Source of the DNA: an uncultured Candidatus Rokubacteria bacterium | GTDB lineage: Bacteria; Methylomirabilota; Methylomirabilia; Rokubacteriales; CSP1-6 | DNA: 64,000 bases | Direction of reading: 5' to 3' | Assembly: GCA_963771355.1 (NCBI GenBank) | Contig: CAVYTA010000006.1 | Span: forward strand, 1,632,001 to 1,696,000 | In this document: positions 10,666 through 19,921 of the stretch, piece after piece | Layout: every line of letters begins with the position of its first letter | Numbering within the stretch: the stretch's first letter is position 1 | The notes under the pieces: generated by a model | Told to the model about the DNA's origin: nothing | Database searches by the model: none | The model's input: only the letters and a program-made list of their open reading frames with translations | Program-made: the position numbers and the translations under genes

Positions 10666-13064
10666 GAGAACGGCCGCTCCGCGATCCCCTCGGCGGGCAG
10701 GCCGAAGGCGGACTCCACCGCGCGCGGTGGAGGGAAGCTCAAGAGCGGGAGCCGGTCGGGTCCCACGCGCGGGCTCTTGCCCTGACGCTTGAGCTCGAGG
10801 CCACGGATCACCTTGTCCGGCGTGATCGGCGTCTCGTCCACCCGCACGCCCACCGCGGCGTACACCGCGTTGGCCACCGCGGGAATGATGGGCAGCAGCG
10901 GCCCCTGCCCCGCTTCCTTGGCCCCGAAGGGCCCCTCCGGATCGTCGGTCTCCACGAGGATGGTGTGGATGTCCGGTGTCTCCAGCGTGGTGGGGGTCTT
11001 GTACTCGAGCATGGAGGGGAACTTGTGCACGCCCTTCCGGAACACCTGCTCCTCCATGAGCACCTCGCCGAGCCCCATGTAGATGGAGCCCTCGACCTGG
11101 CCCTCGACCAGTAGCGGATTGAGCGCGCGCCCGATGTCGTGGGCGATCCAGATCTCGGTGGGCTTGACCTCGCCGGAGTCCGCGTCCACGTCCACCTCGA
11201 CCACGCACGCGGAGTAGGAATAGCACGGCGAGGGGCCGACGCCGCCCCCCTTGTACTTGCCCGCGCGCCGGGGCGGGGCGTAGGAGCCCGGGAACGCCAG
11301 CACGCCGTGCCGGCTCTCGCCCAGCACCACCGCCTCCGCGAAGGTCAGGCCGCGCTCCTCGTCGTCCGCCACGAAGACGCGGCCGTCCCGGGCGGCCAGA
11401 CGCTCCGGCTCCACCTCGAGCTTGCGGGCCACCGCGTCGAAGATGCGCGCGCGCAGCCGTTCCGCCGCCTGGATGGCGGCATTGCCCGCCATGAGGGTCA
11501 CCCGCGAGGAATAAGAACCGAGATCGACCGGCGTGAGGTCCGTGTCCGCGACGTGCACGCGGATGTCCTTGGGCGCGATGCCGAGCACTTCCGCCACCAG
11601 ATAGGCCAGGATGGAGTCCGAGCCCTGCCCGATGTCGGTGGCGCCACAGAGGACGGAGACGCCGCCGCTCCGGTCGGCGCGGACCACGACGCCCGAGTGC
11701 GGCATGTCGTTCCAGTAGATCGCGGTCCCCGCGCCGGTGAGATAGGACGAGCAGGCGATGCCGATGCCCTTGCCGGGCGGGAGCGCCTTCCATTTCTGCC
11801 GCCAGCCCGACGCCTCGACGACACGGTCGATGCACTCGCCCAGCCCGATGGTGGTCACGGTGAGGTGGTTGGCCGTCTTGGTGAAGGGCTCGGCGAGGTT
11901 GCGCCGCCGCATGTCCGCCGGATCGAGGCCCAGCTGCTCGGCCGCCTTGTCGATCTGGCACTCCATGGCGAAGCGGGGCTGGGGCGTGCCGTGCCCGCGC
12001 TTGGGCCCGCAGGGCGGCTTGTTGGTGAAGATGCGGGCGCCCTCGAACTTGTAGGCGGGAATCTTGTAGGTGACGGTCTGGAGCGCGCCCGTGTAGAAGG
12101 TGGAGGCCACGCCGTACGAGCCGTACGCCCCCCCGTCGAGCCAGGAGCGGAAGTGCATCCCGGTGATGCCGCCGTCCCGCCGGAAGCCCGTCTTCACCCA
12201 CATGAGCACGGGGTGCCGCCCGCGATGCACGTAGAAAACCTCCTCGCGAGTGAGCGCGATCTTCACCGGCCGACCGGTGAGCTGGGAGAGCTTGCACGCG
12301 GCGATCTCGTGGGCGAAGGGATCGAGCTTGCCGCCGAAGCCGCCGCCCACCGGCGCCGCCACCACGCGGATATGCGCCTGGGGCATGTCGAGGATCTTGC
12401 CCAGCAGCCGGTGCACGTAGTGCGGGGTCTGGGTGGAGGACCAGAGGGTGAGCTTCCCATCCGGGCCGAACTGCGCCACCGCCGCGTGCTGCTCCATGGG
12501 CAGGTGCGTGTTGCCCTCGAAGAAGAAGACATCCTCCCGGACGAGGTCCGCGGCGGCGAAGGCTGCCTCGACATCGCCGAACTGGAGCGCCACCGCCTTG
12601 TGGACATTCGGTGCGTCGCCATACTCGTGGATGCGCACCTCGGGATGCGCCAGGGAGTCCTCGATGGACATGAGCGCGCGCAAGGGCTCATAGTCGACCG
12701 CAATCAGCTCGGTGGCGCGCTCCGCCGTCTCCTCGTCCACCGCGGCGACCGCCGCCACCGGATCCCCCACCATCCGCACCTTGTCCACGCACAGGGCTTC
12801 CTCGTCCTGCGAGACGGGCAGGATGCCGAACTTGACGCGGGGAAGATCGTGGCCGGTGATGACGGCGTAGACGCCGGGCAGGGCCGCCGCACGGGTGGTG
12901 TCGATCCCCTTGATCCGCGCGTGCGGGTGCGGGCTCCGCAGCAGCTTGCCGAAGGCCATCCGCGGGAGAACCAGGTCGTCCGCGAACTTGGTATCGCCCG
13001 TCACCTTGGCCCAGGCGTCGATCTTGGGCAGGGACTTTCCGATCACCGAGAAGCGCTTGCTCAT
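10662..13064 (-). CDS. hcrA: 4-hydroxybenzoyl-CoA reductase alpha-like molybdopterin subunit
   Basis: XDH-family motifs GGGFGGK, KRGHGTPQPRFA, DLGSYSSRVTLMAGNA and GAKEAGQG. Confidence 0.8.
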   Translation of the reverse strand: MSKRFSVIGKSLPKIDAWAKVTGDTKFADDLVLPRMAFGKLLRSPHPHARIKGIDTTRAAALPGVYAVITGHDLPRVKFGILPVSQDEEALCVDKVRMVGDPVAAVAAVDEETAERATELIAVDYEPLRALMSIEDSLAHPEVRIHEYGDAPNVHKAVALQFGDVEAAFAAADLVREDVFFFEGNTHLPMEQHAAVAQFGPDGKLTLWSSTQTPHYVHRLLGKILDMPQAHIRVVAAPVGGGFGGKLDPFAHEIAACKLSQLTGRPVKIALTREEVFYVHRGRHPVLMWVKTGFRRDGGITGMHFRSWLDGGAYGSYGVASTFYTGALQTVTYKIPAYKFEGARIFTNKPPCGPKRGHGTPQPRFAMECQIDKAAEQLGLDPADMRRRNLAEPFTKTANHLTVTTIGLGECIDRVVEASGWRQKWKALPPGKGIGIACSSYLTGAGTAIYWNDMPHSGVVVRADRSGGVSVLCGATDIGQGSDSILAYLVAEVLGIAPKDIRVHVADTDLTPVDLGSYSSRVTLMAGNAAIQAAERLRARIFDAVARKLEVEPERLAARDGRVFVADDEERGLTFAEAVVLGESRHGVLAFPGSYAPPRRAGKYKGGGVGPSPCYSYSACVVEVDVDADSGEVKPTEIWIAHDIGRALNPLLVEGQVEGSIYMGLGEVLMEEQVFRKGVHKFPSMLEYKTPTTLETPDIHTILVETDDPEGPFGAKEAGQGPLLPIIPAVANAVYAAVGVRVDETPITPDKVIRGLELKRQGKSPRVGPDRLPLLSFPPPRAVESAFGLPAEGIAERPFS

Positions 13065-13567
13065 GTCCGCGCCTCCTTCCTGGCCTCTTCCCCGCGCGCT
13101 CCGCTGACGCGCAGGGCTGCCAGCTCGACCGCCTCGAGAATCTTGGTGTAGCCCGTGCACCGGCACAGATTGCCGGCCAGCGCGTGGCGAATCTCATCCC
13201 GCGTCGGCGCCGGATTGTCCGCCAGCAACGCCTGGGCGGTGAGAAGAATGCCCGGCGTGCAGTAGCCGCACTGGGCCGCGCCCAGCTCGGCGAAGGCCTG
13301 CTGGAGCGGGTGGAGCCGGCCGCCCTCCGCCATGCCTTCCACGGTGGTGATCCGGCGCCCCTGGCACTCCAGGGGCAGCGCGAGGCAGGAGAGCACGGGC
13401 TCACCGTCCAGGAGCACGGTGCAGGTGCCGCACTCGCCCAGCTCACAGCCATGTTTCGTCCCGGTCAGCCCGAGATCCTCGCGGAGCACTTCCAGGAGGG
13501 TCTTGTGCGCCGGGGCGAGGATATCCCGCGTCTCGCCGTTGACGGTGAGCGACAGGAGGACCTTCAT
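13061..13567 (-). CDS. hcrC: 2x[2Fe-2S] small subunit (HcrC-like)
   Basis: GCELGECGTC, QCGYCTPG and GNLCRCTGY motifs. Confidence 0.82.
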   Translation of the reverse strand: MKVLLSLTVNGETRDILAPAHKTLLEVLREDLGLTGTKHGCELGECGTCTVLLDGEPVLSCLALPLECQGRRITTVEGMAEGGRLHPLQQAFAELGAAQCGYCTPGILLTAQALLADNPAPTRDEIRHALAGNLCRCTGYTKILEAVELAALRVSGARGEEARKEART

Positions 13568-13571
13568 GGAC

Positions 13572-13628
13572 GCTTTCTCGATCGCGAAAGCACGATTAAG
13601 TAGTACTAAACTCATGGGACGACGTCAA
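13572..13628 (-). promoter_or_regulatory. Putative sigma70 promoter and operator of the hcr/box operon
   Basis: TTGACG at 13623-13628 (-), an AT-rich -10 region containing the palindrome TAGTACTA, and the inverted repeat GCTTTC-N8-GAAAGC at 13572-13591 just before the start codon. Confidence 0.45.
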
Positions 13629-13657
13629 GACATCGGCGCGCCCGCGGAGGGGACCTT

Positions 13658-14149
13658 TCACGGGCGCGGCCTGACCCGGGAGGGCGAACCAGCGAGGCAC
13701 GCACTCGAGGAGGCGACGTAGGCGGGGCCGAACCGCCGGCGCAGGCCCGGCTCCTCGTAGCGGACGATCCAGAGGTGAATCATGGTGGCATAGAATGCCG
13801 CGTACAGGAGGAGTGATAGCTCGCCGCGGAACAGGAAAAATCCCACCAGCCTGACGAAGTAGGCGAAGTAGGTCGGATTCCTCGAGTGCTGGTAGGGACC
13901 CGATCGCACCAACCGCCGAGGAGGATTAACGGGGACTGGCGTCCCCTGACCCTCCCGGAGGAACAGGCCCCAGCACCACACGACGAGAATGGTACCCGCC
14001 GTCAGCAGACCTCCGCCGACGGCGCGGGCGAGCGCCCAGTCCATATCCGGCCAGCCGAGCGTGGTATTGAAGTAGACCATCCCCACCGGACCGGCGATGA
14101 AGACGGCGCCGAGGAGTCCCCCTCCGAGGAGCGCGGTGGCGAGCATCAC
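13658..14149 (-). pseudogene. Isoprenylcysteine carboxyl methyltransferase (ICMT/PEMT)-family membrane protein, frameshifted near the 3' end
   Basis: GQGTPVP...GPYQHSRNPTY...EEPGLRRRFG. The family-typical tail (LECVPRWF) is in another frame after about 13710. Confidence 0.65.
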
Positions 14150-14298
14150 GATGAGGCCACCGGCGATGGCCGAGGATGGGATCGATGAGGCCGGGGATGG
14201 GCACGAAGCTCGTGGCGCAGATGATTCGTTTCACGTGGGAGAACAAAATCACCGCCGAGAGAATCCCGTCGTGCGCCGAGCCGGAGTAAGATGGCCCG

Positions 14299-15220
14299 GT
14301 GCCCGAGACACGGCTCATGTCCATGCGGGAGGCGGTGGCCCGCTTCGTCCCCGATGGCAGCGCGGTTTGCATGGGCACGGCGCTCGAGGCGGCCATTCCC
14401 TTCGCCGCCGGCCACGAGCTGATTCGCCAGGGCCGGCGGAACCTCACCCTGATCGGTCCCATCTCGGACATCCTCTTCGACCAGCTGGTCGGGGCCGGAC
14501 TGCGTCGCGCGCATCGTGGCCGCGTGGGTGGGAAACGTGAGCGCGGGGCTCGGCCACAACTACCGGCGCGCCTGCGAGCAGGGGGTGCCCGCTCCCCTCG
14601 CCGTCGAGGACCACTCCAACCTGACGCTCGCGGTGGCGCTCCTCGCCGGCGCCATCGGCGCGCCGTACATTCCCACGCGCTCGCTCCTGGGCACCGGGCT
14701 GCTGGAGTCGAATCCCCGCTTCCGGCCGGCCCAGGATCCCTGGTCGGGCCATCCGGTGATCCTGGTCCCCGCGCTGACGCCCGACGTCGCCATCCTGCAC
14801 GTCCAGCGCGCCGATGCGCAGGGGCACGCGCATGCTTGGGGCACGCTCGGCGTCACCCGCGACGCGGCGCTGGCCGCCCGCCGCGTCATCGTGGTGGCGG
14901 AGGAGATCCGGTCCGCCGACGAGATCCTGAGCGATCCCAACCTCGTCCTGGCGCCGCCGATGAAAGTCGCCGCGGTCGTACATGAGCCCTTCGGGGCCTT
15001 CCCGTCCCCGCTGCAGGGCTTCTACGCCCGCGACCACGAGTTCTTCCACCGCTATCACGAGGAGTCGCGCACGGTGGAGGGCACGCGCGCCTGGCTCGAG
15101 CGCTGGGTGCTCGGCGTCGAGGACTGGCGGGACTTCCGGGACCGGCTGGGTGCGGCTCGGCTCGAGGCGGTACGCGTGAAGACCGCGCGGCCGGCGCTGC
15201 CGGCGGACTTCGGCGCATGA
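14299..15220 (+). pseudogene. Glutaconate-type CoA-transferase subunit A, interrupted by a +1 frameshift (or a sequencing error)
   Basis: MSMREAVARFVPDG...IPFAAGHELIRQG...FDQLVGAG in one frame. CVARIVAAWVGNVSAG continues in the next frame after GGA-C at 14497-14500. Confidence 0.85.
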
Positions 15221-16002
15221 GCCTGCCCGTCCGGCCCATTCCCGCCGGATTCACGGAGCGCGAGCTGATGGTCATCGCCGCCGGCCGCGAGATCCGCGAC
15301 GGCGAAGTGGTGTTCGTGGGCATGCGGCTTCCGCTCATCGCGTTCGCGTTCGCCAAGCGCACCCATGCGCCCGGCGCGCTGGGACTCTTCGAGAACGGGA
15401 TCGTTCGCGACCGTCCCGCGCCCGCCACCCTCATGACCATGAGCGATACGCCCAATCTCCCGGGGGCGGTGTGGTCGACGGGCACGCGGGAGATCATGGG
15501 GCTGCTCCAGCAAGGCCTGGTGGACATGGGCTTCATCGGCGGCGCCGAGATCGATCGCTACGGGAATCTCAACACCAACTACGTGGGGGAGTGGCGACGG
15601 CCGAAGGTGCGGCTGCCTGGGTCGGGCGGAGGCAGCGACATCGCGAGCCTGTCGAAGCGGTTCGTCGTGATCATGCCGCAGGAGAAGCACCGCTTCCGCG
15701 AGCGGGTGGATTTCATCACCTCCCCCGGCTTCGGCGACGGGCCGGGCTGGCGCGCACGGGTCGGCCTGGCCGGAGGCGGCCCTACCGCGGTGATCACCAC
15801 CCTGGCGGTGTTTCGCTTCGATCCCGCCAGCGCGGAAATGGTGCTGGCGTCCTATCATCCGGGGCAGAGCGTGGAGACGGTCCGCGACGCCACCGGCTGG
15901 GATCTCCGCGTGGCGCGCGACGTGCGTGAGACGCCCACCCCCACCGCCGATGAGCTCGCCGTGGTCCGCGACTGCGACCGGGAAGGGTTCTGGACCCGCT
16001 GA
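15217..16002 (+). CDS. CoA-transferase subunit B (glutaconate type)
   Basis: FVGMRLP, GFIGGAEIDRYGNLN, RLPGSGGGSD and DFITSPG motifs. Confidence 0.9.
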   Translation: MSLPVRPIPAGFTERELMVIAAGREIRDGEVVFVGMRLPLIAFAFAKRTHAPGALGLFENGIVRDRPAPATLMTMSDTPNLPGAVWSTGTREIMGLLQQGLVDMGFIGGAEIDRYGNLNTNYVGEWRRPKVRLPGSGGGSDIASLSKRFVVIMPQEKHRFRERVDFITSPGFGDGPGWRARVGLAGGGPTAVITTLAVFRFDPASAEMVLASYHPGQSVETVRDATGWDLRVARDVRETPTPTADELAVVRDCDREGFWTR

Positions 16003-16037
16003 GCCGTCCGGCGCCGGCGGACCGGCGACGGTGGCTG

Positions 16038-17291
16038 ATGTGGGGAGTCCCGGCCTTTCTCTTCCTCCTCGCCTTTCTCCATCGCGTGGCGCCGGGCGTG
16101 ATCGCGAAGGACCTCATGCAGGCATTCGGCGCCACCGGCACCCTGGTGGGACTTCTCTCCGCGACTTACTTCTACAGCTACTCCGGATTCATGCTGCCGG
16201 GCGGGCTCCTCATCGACGCGCTGGGGGCGCGTCGGGTGGTCGCGGCGGGCGGCGCGGTCATGGGGCTCGGCACCCTGGCGATGGCGGCGGCGGAGACGTC
16301 GAGCGTGCTCTTCACGGGCCGCTTCGTGATCGGCGCCGGGGCCACCGTCACCTTCATCGGCGCCATGAAGCTCGGCGCCGCCTGGTTCCCGCCCGAGCGC
16401 TTCGGGACCATCTCGGCGATCACGGCCACAGTCGGCGTGCTCGGCTCCCTCATCGCCAATGCGCCGCTGGCGGCGCTGGTGGCCTGGGTGGGCTGGCGCG
16501 GCGCCTTCTGGATCATCGGCGCGGTCACGCTCCTGGGGGCCGCGCTGTGCCTCGCCGTCGTTCGCGACTTCCCCGAGGGGGCGAGCGGGGCCTCGGAGCG
16601 CGCCCCCGGGATGCGCGAAGTCCTCGCCGGGACGGTGTCGGTGCTGCGGAATCCCCATACCTGGCCGCCCTTCCTGTCCTTCTTCTTCCTCTACGCGGCC
16701 ATGGGCAACCTCATGCTCTGGGTGGTCCCCTTCCTCCGCGACGTCTACGGGCTCACCATGACGCAGGCCGCGGTGTACGCGACCGCCACGCCGCTCGCGC
16801 TGCTCGTCTCGGGTCCCCTGACCGGCTGGGTGTCGGATACCGCCCTCGGACGCCGCAAGCTCCCCTATGTCGTGCTCTCCGTCGCGCTCTTCGCGCTGTG
16901 GTGCGCGCTCGCGGGGACGGCGGGGGCCCTGCCGCTGGCGGGGGTCTTCGCGCTGCTCTTCGGCATGGGCGCGGTGGGCAGCGCCTTCGTCCTCACCTGG
17001 CCCATCGGGCGCGAAGTGAATCCCCCGCACCTGGCGGGCAGCGCGGTGGCGGTGGTGAACCTGGGCGGCTTCGTCGGCGCCGCGCTCACCCAGGGGCCCA
17101 TCGGCGCCGTGCTCGACGCGCGCTGGGCTGGCGTGCTGGTGGACGGCGCGCGCGTCTACCCGGCGGACGCGTATCGCGCGGCCTTCGCGGTCTGCGCGGG
17201 CTTTCTCGCCGCGGCGGTGCTGATCAGTGTCTTCGTGAAGGAGACGCGCGGCCGGAATATCTACGAGGAGCTTCGAGGGCGACGGGTCTAG
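16038..17291 (+). CDS. MFS transporter
   Basis: About 12 hydrophobic segments, with GLLIDALGARR and WFPPERF motifs. Confidence 0.9.
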   Translation: MWGVPAFLFLLAFLHRVAPGVIAKDLMQAFGATGTLVGLLSATYFYSYSGFMLPGGLLIDALGARRVVAAGGAVMGLGTLAMAAAETSSVLFTGRFVIGAGATVTFIGAMKLGAAWFPPERFGTISAITATVGVLGSLIANAPLAALVAWVGWRGAFWIIGAVTLLGAALCLAVVRDFPEGASGASERAPGMREVLAGTVSVLRNPHTWPPFLSFFFLYAAMGNLMLWVVPFLRDVYGLTMTQAAVYATATPLALLVSGPLTGWVSDTALGRRKLPYVVLSVALFALWCALAGTAGALPLAGVFALLFGMGAVGSAFVLTWPIGREVNPPHLAGSAVAVVNLGGFVGAALTQGPIGAVLDARWAGVLVDGARVYPADAYRAAFAVCAGFLAAAVLISVFVKETRGRNIYEELRGRRV

Positions 17292-17569
17292 CGACGCGCT
17301 TCGAGTCGCAGAAGTCGACGCTCCACGCGGCGGAGGTCGCGCCGAACTTCCTGCTGGAATCGATCGAGCCGTTCGACGAGCCCGACATGACCTTCGGCGA
17401 TCGCCCGCACGTCCGCCCGAAGGCTCTCGCCGACGACATCGAAGTGGCGGCGGGTCTCTTCGAAGTAGCGATGCGTTTCGCCCGCGGAGCTACCAATCAA
17501 GTCCTGGACCAAGACCCGGATCTGCTCCAGCCACCGAGCGGGCATCTCCTCGGGAAGATCGCGGTCCAT
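17288..17569 (-). CDS. Small hypothetical coiled-coil protein
   Basis: 93 aa, EETRRHFDVVGESLRADVRAIAEGH... amphipathic helix. TTGACA-17-AAGAGT ends 6 nt before the ATG. Confidence 0.65.
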   Translation of the reverse strand: MDRDLPEEMPARWLEQIRVLVQDLIGSSAGETHRYFEETRRHFDVVGESLRADVRAIAEGHVGLVERLDRFQQEVRRDLRRVERRLLRLEARR

Positions 17570-17627
17570 GCCGACACTCTTTCCCCCCGTCAGCTCCATG
17601 TCAATCCGTATCCCGTCGGATACCCAC

Positions 17628-18356
17628 TCACGCGCGGTCGAGGAACCCCTCGGTCATCGCGTTGACCTCGGGGACCCCGGCGCGGGCCAGCGCGTTGATG
17701 CGCGCCTTCATCTCCGCCATGGGACGGAAGGGCTTGGCGGCCAGGCGCTCGGCATAGGCGAGGGTGGCGTCGGCCAGCCGCGCGCCCGGATGCACCTCGT
17801 TGACGAGCCCCAGGCTGAGCGCCTCGGCCGCCGCATAGCGCCGTCCCCCGATGATGATCTCCTTGGCACGCGAGGGCCCCACGAAGCGCACGAAGCGCGT
17901 GGTGGTGCCCACGCCGAGCGGCACCCCCAGGTCCACCTCGGGAATCCAGAACTCCGCCTCCGCGGCCGCGAGCCGGAAGTCGCAGGCCAGGGTCAGGCCC
18001 CAGCCGCCCCCCACCGCGTGGCCGTTCACCGCCGCCACCGACACTTGCTCGAGCCCCTCGAGCAGCGTGTTGGCGCGCTCGAAGAGCCGGCGGAACTGGC
18101 TCTTGCGCGACGTGAACATCGTCCGCCGCTCCGCCTCCGACATCCCCTTCTTGAAGGGCGCGTCGGCGCCGGCGGAGAACACCGGCGGCGTCCCCGTCAC
18201 GATGACCACCCGGGTGGAGGCGTCGTCGCGGAGCTCGGCGAAGGCGGCGCCGAGGTCGGCGAGCATCTCGTCGCTGAGAGAGTTCCGACGGTCGGGGCGC
18301 GCCAGGGTGACGGTGGCGATGACGCCCTTGCGCGTGAGCGTGATGTTGTCGGCCAT
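17628..18356 (-). CDS. Enoyl-CoA hydratase/isomerase family
   Basis: FSAGAD and AAVNGHAVGGGWGLTLACDFR motifs. Confidence 0.9.
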   Translation of the reverse strand: MADNITLTRKGVIATVTLARPDRRNSLSDEMLADLGAAFAELRDDASTRVVIVTGTPPVFSAGADAPFKKGMSEAERRTMFTSRKSQFRRLFERANTLLEGLEQVSVAAVNGHAVGGGWGLTLACDFRLAAAEAEFWIPEVDLGVPLGVGTTTRFVRFVGPSRAKEIIIGGRRYAAAEALSLGLVNEVHPGARLADATLAYAERLAAKPFRPMAEMKARINALARAGVPEVNAMTEGFLDRA

Positions 18357-18363
18357 GGGGACC

Positions 18364-19908
18364 TCAGGCGGTGGCGGCGAGCAGCGCCGCGGGGTCGGGA
18401 TCGGCCTTCTCGTCTTCCAGGAGCCGCCGGCGCCCCTCGGCCACGAGGCGCCGCGAGCGCGCGAAGCCGGCGCCCACCGCGCGATCCCGCGCCACCGCCG
18501 GCGTCAGCCCCTCGTCGAGGAGGCGCACGAAGGCGACCGAGAGCCGGCGGCGGACCTCGCCGTAGCCGCGGACGAGCGCGGCCGTCTCCGCCACTTCCAC
18601 CGCGAGCTCGGCGTCCAGCGCCGCACAGTCCAGGACGGCCTGACGCCAGCGGGCGATGAGTGCCCACTCCCGCTCGAAGCGCAGCGAGATCGGGCGCAGC
18701 CCGCGCAACCGGCCCAGGAGCCACACGCGGAGGAAGCCGAGCACGCTGGTGGTGCGGACATGCTGCCCGAGCGAGGGCCGCCCGCGGGGCCAGCGCCGCT
18801 CGGCCCAGCGGGCGACGGGCCGGCCGATCGCCGCGGGCAGGATGCCGTAGATCTCGTCGAGGTCGGGCTTGAGATAATCGGTGACGATGAGCGGGACGCC
18901 CGCCGGCGCCCCCTGCTCCGAGCGGATGCGCGCGAAGCGGGCGCGCCGCGTCTTGAGGTCGGCAACGCGAATGACGTCCTCGTAGCTCATCCACACCGCG
19001 AGGCGGCGCGCGAAGCGCTCGGTGAGCCGCGTACCCGGGTCCACCGCGTGGACCGCGCGGACCTCGGCGAGGAAGCGGGTAGCGTATCTCGCGTCCTGGA
19101 AGTCCACCAGACGCGCCAGCCCCTCGCCCACCGTCTGGTGCAGCGTGGGCGGCAGATCGGCCTCCGCGGATACGCAAAGGGCGAGGAAGGCGTCGCCGCG
19201 CCGACCCAGCGCGGCCGCGCGCTCGGCACGCAGCTCCGCCCAGGGGCGAGCGGCGGGGCGCGGCGCCTCGAGAGGACCGGCGGCCGCGGCGCGTCCCGCC
19301 GTGAAGCCGGCGAGATTGCGCTCCACCGCGACACCGCCTTCGCGAATGGCCGTCTCGTAGGCCGAGTCGGGAAGCGGCAGCACGCCACTGGCGGCGAGCG
19401 CGCCCAGCAGCACCGCGTTGACCTCGGAGCCCGCGGCGCGCGCCACCGCGAGGGCATCGAAGGTGATGGCCCGCCGGGTCAGCGCGCGGACGGCCTCGCC
19501 CAGCCGCTCGGCGGGGAAAATACCGTCGCCCGACACCGTACGCTCCCCGATGGCAAAGAGCCGGTGAGTGCTGGCCACGAGCGTGGTGCGATCGGGTGAG
19601 GCATAGTCCAGCTCGAGCGTGCGTCCGGCCTCGAGATACTCCGAGGCCATGATGACGTCCACGTCGCCGGGGGTGGGATAGAGGGAGAACACGGGCGTGG
19701 CGTCGCCCGGCGGCACCGGCACCGGATGGACCTCGAGGTAGTAGGTGGTGGCACCAGTGCGCTGAGCCACCCCGGGAATTGAGGTGGCCTGTGCGGCGAG
19801 CCCCGCGTGCTCGGCGGCGGCCACGATCCAGTCCGTGAGGACGCCGCCCCCCTGACCTCCCAGCGCGGCAATGAGGATCGAGAGCGGGCGCGGCGCCGGG
19901 GACGTCAT
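18364..19908 (-). CDS. Indolepyruvate:ferredoxin oxidoreductase beta-family subunit (long form)
   Basis: ALGGQGGGVL, SIPGVAQRTGATTYY and WMSYEDVIRVADLK motifs. Confidence 0.88.
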   Translation of the reverse strand: MTSPAPRPLSILIAALGGQGGGVLTDWIVAAAEHAGLAAQATSIPGVAQRTGATTYYLEVHPVPVPPGDATPVFSLYPTPGDVDVIMASEYLEAGRTLELDYASPDRTTLVASTHRLFAIGERTVSGDGIFPAERLGEAVRALTRRAITFDALAVARAAGSEVNAVLLGALAASGVLPLPDSAYETAIREGGVAVERNLAGFTAGRAAAAGPLEAPRPAARPWAELRAERAAALGRRGDAFLALCVSAEADLPPTLHQTVGEGLARLVDFQDARYATRFLAEVRAVHAVDPGTRLTERFARRLAVWMSYEDVIRVADLKTRRARFARIRSEQGAPAGVPLIVTDYLKPDLDEIYGILPAAIGRPVARWAERRWPRGRPSLGQHVRTTSVLGFLRVWLLGRLRGLRPISLRFEREWALIARWRQAVLDCAALDAELAVEVAETAALVRGYGEVRRRLSVAFVRLLDEGLTPAVARDRAVGAGFARSRRLVAEGRRRLLEDEKADPDPAALLAATA

Positions 19909-19921
19909 GACGCAGGGGACC

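Noticed and set aside
9670..12297. Apparent N-terminal fusions in the ORF track (9670-12297, 24771-25802, 26959-28776, 31369-33051, 1995-3020)
   Set aside because: The extensions run in alternative frames of upstream genes. The true starts are internal, in most cases at stop/start overlaps.
10662..13064. Aerobic CO dehydrogenase (suggested by coxG at 24771-25217)
   Set aside because: The active-site loop reads KRGHG, not AYxCSFR, and the FAD subunit has the HcrB-type Fe-S insertion.
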